Assembly: GCA_964350735.1 (NCBI GenBank)
Contig: CAYGKO010000002.1
Span: 90,134 to 154,133, forward strand
Direction: 5' to 3'
DNA: 64,000 nt
Origin: an uncultured Candidatus Saccharibacteria bacterium
GTDB taxonomy: Bacteria > Patescibacteriota > Minisyncoccia > Phycocordibacterales > UBA918
Below are positions 48,988 to 58,697 of this stretch, one piece after another (within the stretch, counting starts at the first letter, position 1; each line of letters opens with the position of its first letter). The notes under the pieces were generated by a model. The model was not told the origin of the DNA. It saw only the letters and a program-made list of their open reading frames with translations, and ran no database searches. A program made the translations under genes and the position numbers.

Positions 48988-49008
48988 GGCTCGCTCTCGC
49001 TCGCCAGC
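48988..49008. repeat. Short dispersed REP-like motif, copy 2
   Basis: GGCTCGCTCTCGCTCGCCAGC. Confidence 0.55.
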
Positions 49009-49019
49009 CCCCCCCTACC

Positions 49020-49373
49020 ATGCCCTACGAAGGACCCGACCAAACCCAACAGAGCGCAGCAGACCGAATCCTCAGTCTGCTTGATGCTGGTGAAATTCGA
49101 CGCGGCCACAAAGGGACAGAGCGACTACAGATCGGAGAGACTGAGGTTTTGTATAATCCAGAGACTGGCGATATTTCCTACACAACATCATTAGGACAAA
49201 TTGCTCGAGCGGTTATCAGAGGGGGAGAAATTACTGATTTTGGGCTGTTTGACTTAAAAGGCAACGCTGAACTAGACAGGAATTTAACGAACAATCAAGA
49301 AAGATTTTTACAAGCCGCGCTTATTAAGGGCTTGCTATCCAGCCGACCCAAACCTTCATCTAGCAACGTCTAG
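49020..49373 (+). CDS. Hypothetical protein
   Basis: 117-aa ATG ORF filling the intergenic space. Confidence 0.55.
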   Translation: MPYEGPDQTQQSAADRILSLLDAGEIRRGHKGTERLQIGETEVLYNPETGDISYTTSLGQIARAVIRGGEITDFGLFDLKGNAELDRNLTNNQERFLQAALIKGLLSSRPKPSSSNV

Positions 49374-49432
49374 TTGCACATCCATTTTAAATACCTTATT
49401 CTTTAAGTAACGACAATTACAAGGAGGTACCG

Positions 49433-49777
49433 ATGTCGTTTCATGACAGACACCCTCCGTTTAAGACAGGAACGGAGAGGATAGAAGCAGCGGAGCGCGC
49501 TGCATTCTACCGAGCTCTTGCTCAGACAGAAGCTGTAATCGAAAAACGTCGCGCTTATGAAGCGCGTCGACGCGCAGCAGCCGAAGCTGAAGCCAACGGC
49601 TCAGCCGCTCTCGTGCGTCACTGTGCGATCAAGCCGACCGACCAGTGGCCGAAGTCAGTTGTTGAAACTCAAAAAGCAGTCAACGAGCATGTCCTTAGTT
49701 CAGACCCAGACTCTGACCCCTGGGACACCCGCTCCGGCCGCTACTCTTCCCCTACCGCGTTCCCAGAACCGTGGTAG
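49433..49777 (+). CDS. Orphan hypothetical protein
   Basis: TTGCAC-17-TATTCT promoter and AAGGAGG SD. Confidence 0.6.
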   Translation: MSFHDRHPPFKTGTERIEAAERAAFYRALAQTEAVIEKRRAYEARRRAAAEAEANGSAALVRHCAIKPTDQWPKSVVETQKAVNEHVLSSDPDSDPWDTRSGRYSSPTAFPEPW

Positions 49778-49860
49778 GTTCTTTTTTTGTTTGCATAATA
49801 AATTATTATGTGGTTTAATTTTTCCATCGGCGACGGGTCGATTCAGTATGAGGAGCTAAG

Positions 49861-50127
49861 ATGAGCGAAGTAGTGACTATCGAAGTCACGGCTAGCGTAA
49901 GCTGCCGTGCAGATGAACGAGCCTTGGCAGGCTTGCTGGCAGACTATGCTGTTGGCGGCACCGTTGGGCACGTTTCGAAAGGCGGAGGAATGACAACCTT
50001 CGTTCTCGAAATCGAAGCTGGCGACGCAGATGCCGCAAAAGCCCAGGTGGAAGGTGTGATCGAAGGCAGCAAAGTCTCTGCAAAGAAACTCCTGCTACAA
50101 CAGCCCAAGGATCAGATCCTTCATTGA
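49861..50127 (+). CDS. Orphan hypothetical protein (small alpha/beta, ACT-like pattern)
   Basis: TTGCAT-17-TTTAAT promoter and AGGAG SD. Confidence 0.6.
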   Translation: MSEVVTIEVTASVSCRADERALAGLLADYAVGGTVGHVSKGGGMTTFVLEIEAGDADAAKAQVEGVIEGSKVSAKKLLLQQPKDQILH

Positions 50128-50227
50128 ACAGGCAAAAAAGCCGCCGGAATCGAGCAGTAGATTCGAATCCGGCGGTAGCCACACTCATACGCACGTACGC
50201 AAACTGGCTACGGGCGTTTTTTCATAC

Positions 50228-50920
50228 TTATTTTTCTAAAGTTCGTGCATCTTCAACCACATACTCAGCGATTTTGGTGCGGCGTAAGGCGGCGAGACTG
50301 GCCGGATGGCCGAGCTGCCGACCGAGCTCTTCCCCGAGCGAGCGGATGTAGGTTCCAGATCCAACGTGCCAACGTATTGTCAACAACATCATTTTAGTAC
50401 TGTTAACAGTACTAAAATTAAGAGCCAATAGTTCATTTTCAAACACCTTCATATCTCGAATTGGGATATCGGTCACCAAATCTCCCAGCTTCGCTGCCTC
50501 GCGAGCTCGTTTGTACATTGGGATGCCGTCTTTTTTAATCGCACTGTAGGCACTCACCGACAGGCGAAGTGTGCCTACCATTTTTTGCAATACTTCAGCC
50601 ACCTGCTCTTTTGTCACAGCGCTCGCATCTGATTCTTTCAGCGTCTCACCCTCCACATCACCTGTTGTAGTTGACCGACCGATCACGATGTCAGCTACAT
50701 ATTCCTTATCGAGCTTGATGAACTCCGTCAGTCGCTTCGTCCCCTTCCCCACACCTAAAATCATCAAACCCGTCGCTGCCGGATCAAGCGTCCCAGCATG
50801 CCCCAGTTTCGGAGCTTTCTCGCCAGTCGCTTCTGTATATTGCTTCCGCAACCGACGAATCACATCAAACGACGTAATCCCCGCTGGTTTATCAATCAAT
50901 AAAATCTCTGGCCATTGCAT
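50228..50920 (-). CDS. truB: tRNA pseudouridine(55) synthase
   Basis: IDKPAGITS, GHAGTLDP, YSAIK, GTYIRSL and LRRT. Confidence 0.95.
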   Translation of the reverse strand: MQWPEILLIDKPAGITSFDVIRRLRKQYTEATGEKAPKLGHAGTLDPAATGLMILGVGKGTKRLTEFIKLDKEYVADIVIGRSTTTGDVEGETLKESDASAVTKEQVAEVLQKMVGTLRLSVSAYSAIKKDGIPMYKRAREAAKLGDLVTDIPIRDMKVFENELLALNFSTVNSTKMMLLTIRWHVGSGTYIRSLGEELGRQLGHPASLAALRRTKIAEYVVEDARTLEK

Positions 50921-50963
50921 ATGTGTATCATTGCACTATACCTTATTTGAAAACAAAACCAGC

Positions 50964-50988
50964 AAGTTCGAGGTTTCACCTCGAACTT
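50964..50988. repeat. Perfect palindrome (REP-like or terminator)
   Basis: aagttcgaggt-ttc-acctcgaactt. Confidence 0.5.
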
Positions 50989-51008
50989 AAAAAAGTGTGG
51001 TGTAATAT

Positions 51009-51965
51009 TTAGATGAAGTCAACGAGTTTCAAGAGAAAAAATCCAAAGAAAAGCAACATCATCATTCCTTCCCAGCGCATAATCTGTCGTGCCAAACCGT
51101 TAACAAAGAAGATGGCAGACGCGGCCAGCAAGATACCAATACCAAGCTGCATCACTACCGCATCAGCTACGAGCGGTGAAATAATTCCTGGAATACCTAC
51201 TACTACCAGCATGTTGAAGGCATTTGATCCAAAAATATTTCCGATTGCCAGCTCTTCTTCTCCAGTCTTAAGTGCCTGTAGTGATACAAACAACTCTGGC
51301 AAGGAAGTTCCCAGCGCAATCGCCCCGATAGAAACGAGTCCCAGCGGTACCGAAAGCCCCGTGGCAATATTTACCACCATGTCTACGGTGTAGTTAGCCC
51401 CCACCAGCACCGCAGCAATACCAAGAACAATAAACGCAATCGACTTTCCCTCCAGTCCTGGACGGCGCCCACCTTCCTTTTGGAGTTCAACTGAATCTTC
51501 TTCCTTAGCCTCGACAAAGAGGTACCACATGTACGCCAAGAAGGTACCCAGAAGGAGTACTGCTTCGAGCCTATCTACTGTGCCGTCGTACACCACAGCC
51601 ACAAAGTGAGTGGTAGCAATAAAGAAAATTGGCAACTCTGTCTTGATCAAATCACGTTTAATTATGATCCGACCACCCATGGTCGCTAAAATACCAACTA
51701 CCAAGAGAATATTAGTGATATTAGAACCCACAGCGTTGGCGAGTACAATCTCAGAATTTCCATCAAGCACTGCTGCAATAGACGAAGCGAGTTCGGGTAA
51801 TGAAGTACCAAACCCTACAATCAATACTCCAATCGCAAACTTACTCATCCCGAGGCTTGCTCCCATCTGCTTCGCTCCTACTACAAACATATCGGCCCCC
51901 CGAATCAGTACGAATAACGCTCCTACCAAAAACCCACTCCAAATCAACAGTTGTGCAATTTCCAT
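51009..51965 (-). CDS. Calcium/sodium antiporter (YrbG-like)
   Basis: Two alpha repeats, GTSLPE...GSN. Confidence 0.93.
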   Translation of the reverse strand: MEIAQLLIWSGFLVGALFVLIRGADMFVVGAKQMGASLGMSKFAIGVLIVGFGTSLPELASSIAAVLDGNSEIVLANAVGSNITNILLVVGILATMGGRIIIKRDLIKTELPIFFIATTHFVAVVYDGTVDRLEAVLLLGTFLAYMWYLFVEAKEEDSVELQKEGGRRPGLEGKSIAFIVLGIAAVLVGANYTVDMVVNIATGLSVPLGLVSIGAIALGTSLPELFVSLQALKTGEEELAIGNIFGSNAFNMLVVVGIPGIISPLVADAVVMQLGIGILLAASAIFFVNGLARQIMRWEGMMMLLFFGFFLLKLVDFI

Positions 51966-52021
51966 AATGCGGTCATTTTACACTATTTACTGTGTGCTGT
52001 CGGTGAAGTTTTACAGACAAC

Positions 52022-52052
52022 AAAACAACGTCGCTGTACGCGACGTTGTTTT
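52022..52052 (-). terminator. Terminator after msrAB
   Basis: aaaacaacgtcgc/gcgacgttgtttt. Confidence 0.7.
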
Positions 52053-52064
52053 TCAAAAAAAGTC

Positions 52065-53393
52065 TTATACGTCAGCTAGATAGTCTCCATATCCCTTCGC
52101 TTCCATGTCAGCCTTTGGGATGAACTTGAGCGCCACACCATTCATACAGTAGCGCAGTCCACCGCGATCAGCTGGTCCATCAGTGAAGACGTGCCCAATG
52201 TGGTTGTCAGCGATAGCGGAACGAGTCTCTGTTCGGACTGAAAACAACTTACGGTCTTCATGCTCGGTAATCGCTCCAGCTCGAATCGGCTGTACAAATG
52301 ACGGCCAACCCGTACCTGAGTCAAACTTATCTCGCGACGAGTAGAGAGGTTCTCCTGACAAAACATCGACGTAAATGCCGTCTTCCCAATTTTTATCAAG
52401 CGGACTAGTACCAGCTCGCTCAGTCCCGTCTTCTTGTGTCACCTTAAACGTTACCGCATCCAATATTGCCTTCAGCTCATCCTTACTCGGCTTTGTATAA
52501 TTTTCCCAAAAATTCATAGACGTTGTTTCGTTAGTATTAGTAGTTGCAGCTCGCCAAGGTAGTTTAGAACTTTTGTCTTCCCAGTACGTATCAATAAACC
52601 GATCTCTCCCTGAAGCGGTCCGATAGTAGCCGTATTTTAGTTTTGAGAGAGTACCCTTGTAGTAATCTTGATGAAAATCCTCCGCCTCCCAAAACGTGGC
52701 CCGTTTTTCTACATCAATCGCCAGCGGCGCATCATATGGACCAAGCTCGTCGACTTCAGCGATCAAATCTTCGATAATCTGGCGCTCTGCATCACTTTCG
52801 TAATAGAAAGCGGCTGAGTACTTATCACCCCGGTCAGCGAACGTGCCATCGTCGTCAGTCGGATCAGTCGTCTTCATCGTTACAATCAAAATCTCTTCAA
52901 ATGAAATTTGATTGGCATCAAAGGTTACTTCGACCACTTCCCGGTGCCCACCACTGCCGTAATCTTTATACGTGGGGTTTTCAGTCGTACCGCCAGCGTA
53001 GCCAGAAACGGCCGCGATCACTCCCGGAGTTTTCTCCAGATCCGACTCGACACACCAGAAGCAACCACCAGCGACGAGAGCCGTACGAATATCAGCACTC
53101 TGCGACGTTGCAGCCGGGTTACTGACCGGTTTAGCAGCTCCACTCATGGCACTATCTGCTGCTCCCTCGGTCACGTTTGAATCAGTAATATCCTGCAGTA
53201 CCTCGGTCGCCTCCAGTTCCCCGATCACTGCTCCCGGATCAGACACCGCCGTCTCTACCGCCTCCATCCCATCAGCAAATTCCTGCGGCGCCACTTCCAT
53301 CACCTGATCTACGACCGAATCGAGCTGCACCGGCTCAGCATTAAGACCAAAGAAGCTCGCCACCGCTAGTATGATTGATTGCAAAAATTCCAT
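52065..53393 (-). CDS. msrAB: Fused peptide methionine sulfoxide reductase MsrA-MsrB with N-terminal export-like extension
   Basis: GGCFWC and AEDFHQDYY (MsrA), plus GTGWPSF, HIGHVF and RYCMNG (MsrB). Confidence 0.95.
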   Translation of the reverse strand: MEFLQSIILAVASFFGLNAEPVQLDSVVDQVMEVAPQEFADGMEAVETAVSDPGAVIGELEATEVLQDITDSNVTEGAADSAMSGAAKPVSNPAATSQSADIRTALVAGGCFWCVESDLEKTPGVIAAVSGYAGGTTENPTYKDYGSGGHREVVEVTFDANQISFEEILIVTMKTTDPTDDDGTFADRGDKYSAAFYYESDAERQIIEDLIAEVDELGPYDAPLAIDVEKRATFWEAEDFHQDYYKGTLSKLKYGYYRTASGRDRFIDTYWEDKSSKLPWRAATTNTNETTSMNFWENYTKPSKDELKAILDAVTFKVTQEDGTERAGTSPLDKNWEDGIYVDVLSGEPLYSSRDKFDSGTGWPSFVQPIRAGAITEHEDRKLFSVRTETRSAIADNHIGHVFTDGPADRGGLRYCMNGVALKFIPKADMEAKGYGDYLADV

Positions 53394-53526
53394 AATGTAA
53401 GACTTTAATAGCTAGTACCCATTACTACGCTAGTGTAACAAATGTATTTCACCTGGACAGCATATGATTTAAGGAGTATAAAAGTGACGAACGCACAACC
53501 CTGAACCTCAAACGAAAGGATGACCC

Positions 53527-54117
53527 ATGCAACCCATGGACCTTGATAGACTTCGTGTCTTAAATGCAAACACCCTGACGGATATGCAAAATCTGCATAC
53601 CATAAATTGGTTCACTGAACTTGATGTGGGCGCAGCCCGCAAAGCTGGAAAATACCTCGGCGAAATGTTCTTCGTCGGCGACGAAAACATGCACAGCAGC
53701 AATACTGATGCTGCCTGGGTGAATGGACACCTTCCTAACAGCGAAACCACAAGGGGAATCCTACGCACCAAGCAACTGTGGGCCAGCAAAGATACAGCCC
53801 AGCCGGCCAGTTTGCTCTATCATGATCCCGATAAAGGAATTCATCCTGGAATGGTGTGGTGGGATCTCTCCGGCCGGCTTGCTGGTGTAAGTGGTTGGAG
53901 AGGCCTTGTTGATCACATCAAGGCTTGCACGCTCGGGGTGTTTGCCGGACACATGTCCGAAGAGGCGGCGGAAAGGTTGCTCGACCCCACAAAAACACAC
54001 CTGGCTATGCTGCTCGCGACTGAGCGCATTCCGATTGATGGTGATTACGGCTACCGGGAAATGGTGGATTACATCGAGAAATCGATCGTATCCGCAAGTA
54101 AAACTCTCAAAACCTAA
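53527..54117 (+). CDS. Orphan hypothetical protein
   Basis: TGGACA-17-TATAAA promoter, AAAGGA SD and a downstream terminator. Confidence 0.7.
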   Translation: MQPMDLDRLRVLNANTLTDMQNLHTINWFTELDVGAARKAGKYLGEMFFVGDENMHSSNTDAAWVNGHLPNSETTRGILRTKQLWASKDTAQPASLLYHDPDKGIHPGMVWWDLSGRLAGVSGWRGLVDHIKACTLGVFAGHMSEEAAERLLDPTKTHLAMLLATERIPIDGDYGYREMVDYIEKSIVSASKTLKT

Positions 54118-54123
54118 CACACT

Positions 54124-54160
54124 TGGCCGCGCGGACACTCTCCGCGCGGCCATCTTTTTT
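54124..54160 (+). terminator. Intrinsic terminator
   Basis: tggccgcgcgga-cactc-tccgcgcggcca followed by tctttttt. Confidence 0.8.
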
Positions 54161-54191
54161 ATATAGCTCAAGTTGCCGGCAGTGGTGATTT

Positions 54192-54683
54192 CTAACCGTT
54201 CGTGGGATCTATAGTTTTAACCAATTCAGCAGACATCGGAGCGTGGGTAGAAATCACCGCTGCTGGCTGCGAACATAGCCCCTCCAAGTATTTAGCAGAC
54301 ATGCCACCTTTTTCAATCTGCTTCAATGCTATAATCCGCTCCCTATAATCTGGAATCACTTCAGCTACCAACGCCCAGAAGTTGGGGCCGTGGTTGAGCT
54401 CCTTAAGATGACAGAGTTCGTGCACGAAGATGTAGTCCTGCAGCGCTGGTGGCAGAAAAAGAATTTTGTAGCTGAAGTTAAGGTTTTTGAGTGAGGTACA
54501 ACTCCCCCAGCAGCGACGTTGATTGCGGATAGCGACCCGGTTCCACGTTAGGTCGTAGTGCTGGTTGAAGTACTCAAGGCGTGCGAGCGTTAGCGAGCGC
54601 GCAGCCTCTTTATGCTCCAGGTAGTGCTTGGTGACACTACTGGCGCGTTTTCGTCTGACTCGTACCCAGCGCCATGATTTCAT
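54192..54683 (-). CDS. YgjP/DUF45-like zinc metalloprotein
   Basis: WGSC and YIFVHELCHLKELNHGPNFW. Confidence 0.9.
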   Translation of the reverse strand: MKSWRWVRVRRKRASSVTKHYLEHKEAARSLTLARLEYFNQHYDLTWNRVAIRNQRRCWGSCTSLKNLNFSYKILFLPPALQDYIFVHELCHLKELNHGPNFWALVAEVIPDYRERIIALKQIEKGGMSAKYLEGLCSQPAAVISTHAPMSAELVKTIDPTNG

Positions 54684-54697
54684 GTGGAGTAGTATAG

Positions 54698-54732
54698 CAA
54701 ACAGCCGGCGCCCAGAGGGCGCCGGCTGTTTG
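54698..54732 (-). terminator. Terminator-like hairpin
   Basis: caaacagccggcgccc/gggcgccggctgtttg. Confidence 0.7.
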
Positions 54733-54749
54733 TGTCTACCTAACTCCGC

Positions 54750-56246
54750 TTATCTGTAATCAAACTCGATTACGTCTTCGATATCATCTTCATCAAGATC
54801 ATACCGATCTGCAATTTCTTCAATGATGTCATCTTCGTCGGTTTCGTCAGTGGTGAAGGCTTTGGTCTCATCTTCGAAGAAGATCTTCACAAAGGACTCC
54901 CCTTCATCTTCATCAATCTCAACAACGATTTCGTCAAGATCACCAAAGTCATACTCAAACTCAATCAGATCTTCAACCACATCCTCGTCGATATCAAGCT
55001 CATCAGCGATTTCTTCAATGATGTCGTCTTCATCATCTTCATCGACATCGAAGTCTCGATCAGTTCCATCGTCATACTCTACCGTCACTTCAGTTCCATC
55101 TTCAGTAATGACTGCTTCAATTTCGTCAATATCATCACCGTCACGATCGCGATCTCGGTCGTCATCGTCTTGCTCTTCATCAATCCGATCAATCGCTTCT
55201 TCCGCCAGCTCCTCAGCCTCTTCGGCCAACTCTACGGCATCATTGTAATCCCCATCATCGTATGCCTCTTCGGCCTCTTCCAGCTTATCTTCAGCGTCAT
55301 CGAGCGTATCTTCAGCCCAATCCACGTCGTCACCATCATCATCGGCCTCTTCAATTTCATCAGCTGCGTCATCGATAGCGTCTTCGGCGTCTTCGAGAGC
55401 ATTTTCGGCATCATCTTCATCGGCACCAGATGAGCGTCGTTTTATCTTCTCGAACTCAATCACTGCTTCTACCTGTGCTTTTGTCAGGTCGGTCTTCCGT
55501 ACGATGTAATCTACTACCTCATCTTGTTCTTCGGTATCAACAGCGAGTGTGCGATCGTCACCATTCTCGAACTCGATTTCAATAAAGGCTTCGCCTTCAT
55601 CAAATTCAACCAAGATTTCTTCAGCTGGATTACTACTTGGACGAGTCGAAGTAGTTGGAGTTGTAGCGCTTGGAGTTTGTGAAGTACTTACCCCTTGCAC
55701 AGCTGGAGTCGGTACTGACACTGCTGGTGCACGTGTGCTCAAAACATTCGCCGGATAGTTTTCACTTGGATACGCGAGGAAGTACCCTAGAAGCAATTCT
55801 GCGGTTGCCGGACCTACCACTCCAACTGGCTGCATATCAAAACGTGTCTGCAATCGCTTGATCGCTGACTCCGTTGCTGGACCATAGAAGCCCGTTACAA
55901 ATGGATGATCATAAATAGCAGTGTCAGTTGCCAAGAGGCGCTGCACTTTCTCGATCGTGCCATTGGTTGCTCCTTGCACTACCGCTGTTTGGAGGTTTGT
56001 AGTCGCAGCACCTAGTACAGAGCCGCTGACCGCTGTAGTAGCTGGCGCTGGCGTACTGCTCGGGGCACTAACTTGTGTTTGCAAAGACTCAAATTCACGT
56101 TTCAGTGAATCCATCTCTGCCACAATTGCTTTCATCCGCGACACCAAGTCAGCTACGTCTGCCGACTGGGCGTGACTAACAAATGGTGTAATGGTGATTG
56201 CCAGCGCTAAAACAGCCACTGACATTCCTCGTAAGAATGTATGCAT
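54750..56246 (-). CDS. Secreted peptidoglycan-binding protein with highly acidic repeats
   Basis: Signal peptide, PG_binding_1-like motif (TGFYGPATESAIKRLQ...GVVGPAT), Thr/Pro linker and a D/E-rich C-terminal half. Confidence 0.85.
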   Translation of the reverse strand: MHTFLRGMSVAVLALAITITPFVSHAQSADVADLVSRMKAIVAEMDSLKREFESLQTQVSAPSSTPAPATTAVSGSVLGAATTNLQTAVVQGATNGTIEKVQRLLATDTAIYDHPFVTGFYGPATESAIKRLQTRFDMQPVGVVGPATAELLLGYFLAYPSENYPANVLSTRAPAVSVPTPAVQGVSTSQTPSATTPTTSTRPSSNPAEEILVEFDEGEAFIEIEFENGDDRTLAVDTEEQDEVVDYIVRKTDLTKAQVEAVIEFEKIKRRSSGADEDDAENALEDAEDAIDDAADEIEEADDDGDDVDWAEDTLDDAEDKLEEAEEAYDDGDYNDAVELAEEAEELAEEAIDRIDEEQDDDDRDRDRDGDDIDEIEAVITEDGTEVTVEYDDGTDRDFDVDEDDEDDIIEEIADELDIDEDVVEDLIEFEYDFGDLDEIVVEIDEDEGESFVKIFFEDETKAFTTDETDEDDIIEEIADRYDLDEDDIEDVIEFDYR

Positions 56247-56273
56247 ACTAAAAATTCGAATCAAATTACTAAA

Positions 56274-57953
56274 TTACTCTTGCAATAAGTATATCATTCG
56301 CCCCAACCGAATCAGGTCATAGTCGTATTGTTCTCCACAGGCTTCATAGATCGGCTTGAGCTTCTCTGTTCCTTCAGCTCGGATAGCAGTTTCGATAGCG
56401 GCATATATCTCTATCCAGCCGTCAGGTTCAAGATGTTCGAGATTGCCTATATTTATATTTCCCTCCTCAGCCAGTTTCTCCAGGTGGGCCCAGACTGTAG
56501 TGGGGTTCATTTTTCGTTCTTTGGCGATCTGCGGCACAGTCAGTTTTTCCAGTACAAGTGCCTTGGTTTGTTCGTAAGTACTTTCTTTCTGCACTCGCTC
56601 AAAACCTTTCTTTTCAACTTTAATTTCACCGGTCGGCATCGTACCCCCCATGGCTACCACAAACCGTCCGTGCATTTCTTGCACTTCTTCATCATCCATT
56701 TCTTCAAACGCATTGTCTGCCATTGTACTCTCTCGACTAAATCGCTGGTCATGGTCCACTACTTTAGGATCAACTCGGAGCGCCGTCGGACTCATTCCCA
56801 ACATCTTAAGCCCCATCAGGGTCCGCACGCGTGAAAGCGCAACATACCCTTGTCCGAACACAAACGCTTTGCTTAGGTCAATCTCGGCCGCATCAAGACT
56901 CATACCCTGGCTTTTATGCACTGTGATCGCCCACGCAAGCCGCAGTGGGATCTGCTCCACACTCGCCAACACCTTACCATCTTCGGCCATCTCCCAACTC
57001 GTCGGCTTCATAGTAATGCGACGTTTCTCAGTGGTTTCAATAATTGGCATCCCTTCATCATCAAAACCAACTACCCGCGCCAGGGTGCCGTTCACATACC
57101 CAGCTTCAAAGTTGTTCTTGGTACACATCACCATCGCTTCTTCTTTCAACTCCAGACATTCTGGTGAGAGGCAGTTCTTGGCCAAACCTTCTTGCATCTG
57201 TTTGTTCCCTTGTCCGGCCATAGTAAATTTCCGCACCGGTCCCTTCAGAGCTTTAAGCTGCTGCATGTTCACCGCATCAACGTCAGCGTTGTGCGTATAT
57301 AAACGAGTTGGCTCGATATCAGGGTACCCGATATCTTTTTGCTCCGAGAGTAGCGTGAAATGAGCTTCGTCAACGTCATTCTTGCGAATTGACTGCAGCA
57401 GACTGAGTAGCATTTCATCTTCTTGCCGATACTGATCGGTCAAATAACAAATAAGCGGTCGCGCATCCTCCCAGGTGCGTGACTCAAAGGCGTAGCGCAG
57501 TTCATCACCTGGGCGCGTGATCGGTGGCAACTGGAAGAAGTCGCCCACAAAAATCACTTGCAGCCCACCAAACGGTTCCATCTTTTGACGAGCTGCCTTG
57601 CACACCCGGTCCACCATCTCGAGCACACCCCCATCAAGCATCGAAATCTCATCAATCACCAGCACCTGAGCTTTCTCCATCCGCTTGGCGATCTTTTCCC
57701 GAGAGATGATCTGATCAATATCATACTGAGAGAGACTGTCTTTAATCCCCACGCCACTCCAGGCATGAATCGTCATCCCACCAATATGCGTCGCAGCGAT
57801 CCCCGTACTAGCGGTAATGGCCACATTGATCCCCGCTGCTTCGAGCCACGCAATGTACTGATTGATCACATACGTCTTCCCGGCTCCGGGCTCTCCCGTC
57901 AAAAAGACATTCCCTCCCGTTTTCAGAATTTCTAAAGCGCGGTCTTGGGTCAT
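56274..57953 (-). CDS. PIF1/RecD-like SF1 helicase with C-terminal HTH
   Basis: GEPGAGKT, DEISM, GDFFQLPP, TVHKSQG and YVALSR. Confidence 0.93.
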   Translation of the reverse strand: MTQDRALEILKTGGNVFLTGEPGAGKTYVINQYIAWLEAAGINVAITASTGIAATHIGGMTIHAWSGVGIKDSLSQYDIDQIISREKIAKRMEKAQVLVIDEISMLDGGVLEMVDRVCKAARQKMEPFGGLQVIFVGDFFQLPPITRPGDELRYAFESRTWEDARPLICYLTDQYRQEDEMLLSLLQSIRKNDVDEAHFTLLSEQKDIGYPDIEPTRLYTHNADVDAVNMQQLKALKGPVRKFTMAGQGNKQMQEGLAKNCLSPECLELKEEAMVMCTKNNFEAGYVNGTLARVVGFDDEGMPIIETTEKRRITMKPTSWEMAEDGKVLASVEQIPLRLAWAITVHKSQGMSLDAAEIDLSKAFVFGQGYVALSRVRTLMGLKMLGMSPTALRVDPKVVDHDQRFSRESTMADNAFEEMDDEEVQEMHGRFVVAMGGTMPTGEIKVEKKGFERVQKESTYEQTKALVLEKLTVPQIAKERKMNPTTVWAHLEKLAEEGNINIGNLEHLEPDGWIEIYAAIETAIRAEGTEKLKPIYEACGEQYDYDLIRLGRMIYLLQE

Positions 57954-58041
57954 AAAAAATCATTATAACACTTTGTGTAGCAACCATTACAACTGTCGAA
58001 GAGTTGGAGAATATAGAAGCAACTTTGAAAAGGAATGAGCG

Positions 58042-58518
58042 ATGACAACTTTTGTACCAAATAAGCACGTTTTGAAAGCGTTGGAATTAGTTCTCGACCG
58101 GTTCAAGACATTCTCAATGAATGCTGAAGGTCAACAGGAATCAAACTTTAGTCTTCTCAATGAAATATATGAATCGGTGGACAGACCAGATCTTATGGAA
58201 CAATTCTCTCTCAAAATGACCAAACAAACCGGTACTTTTGAAGGTCGCCATGACGCAATAATGCTAATGAAAGAGCGCTACGTACATAGACAACTCCCTG
58301 ACGCCGAACGCGCCGAGTTACATGAGCAGCTCTATGATCTTTTCTACAACCTCTGTCTTGCTAGTCTTCATCACGAGATAGTAAAAGAGCATGATACCGA
58401 TGAAAATAATGTCAGCGCAGACATGCTGGTGTACGGCAAAGCGGCTTGGTTGACCGGCTTACGTCTACCGTTCCAGGGACGACACAACGTCTTTCCTTTT
58501 TCAAACATACAGAGCTAA
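58042..58518 (+). CDS. Orphan hypothetical protein
   Basis: AAAGGA SD, a 158-aa helical ORF and a downstream hairpin. Confidence 0.65.
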   Translation: MTTFVPNKHVLKALELVLDRFKTFSMNAEGQQESNFSLLNEIYESVDRPDLMEQFSLKMTKQTGTFEGRHDAIMLMKERYVHRQLPDAERAELHEQLYDLFYNLCLASLHHEIVKEHDTDENNVSADMLVYGKAAWLTGLRLPFQGRHNVFPFSNIQS

Positions 58519-58697
58519 ACTACTGCCGAAAGCCCCCACACTTTCTGGCGGCTTTCTGTTACATCAGCACCTTCTCCCGTTTTTAGAACTTCCAGTGCGC
58601 GATCTTGGGTCACAAGTGCATCACTAAATAGCATTTGCAGACATTCTATATTTTAAATATCACTCACCCAAATCACCACAATACAAAGTGAACGACT

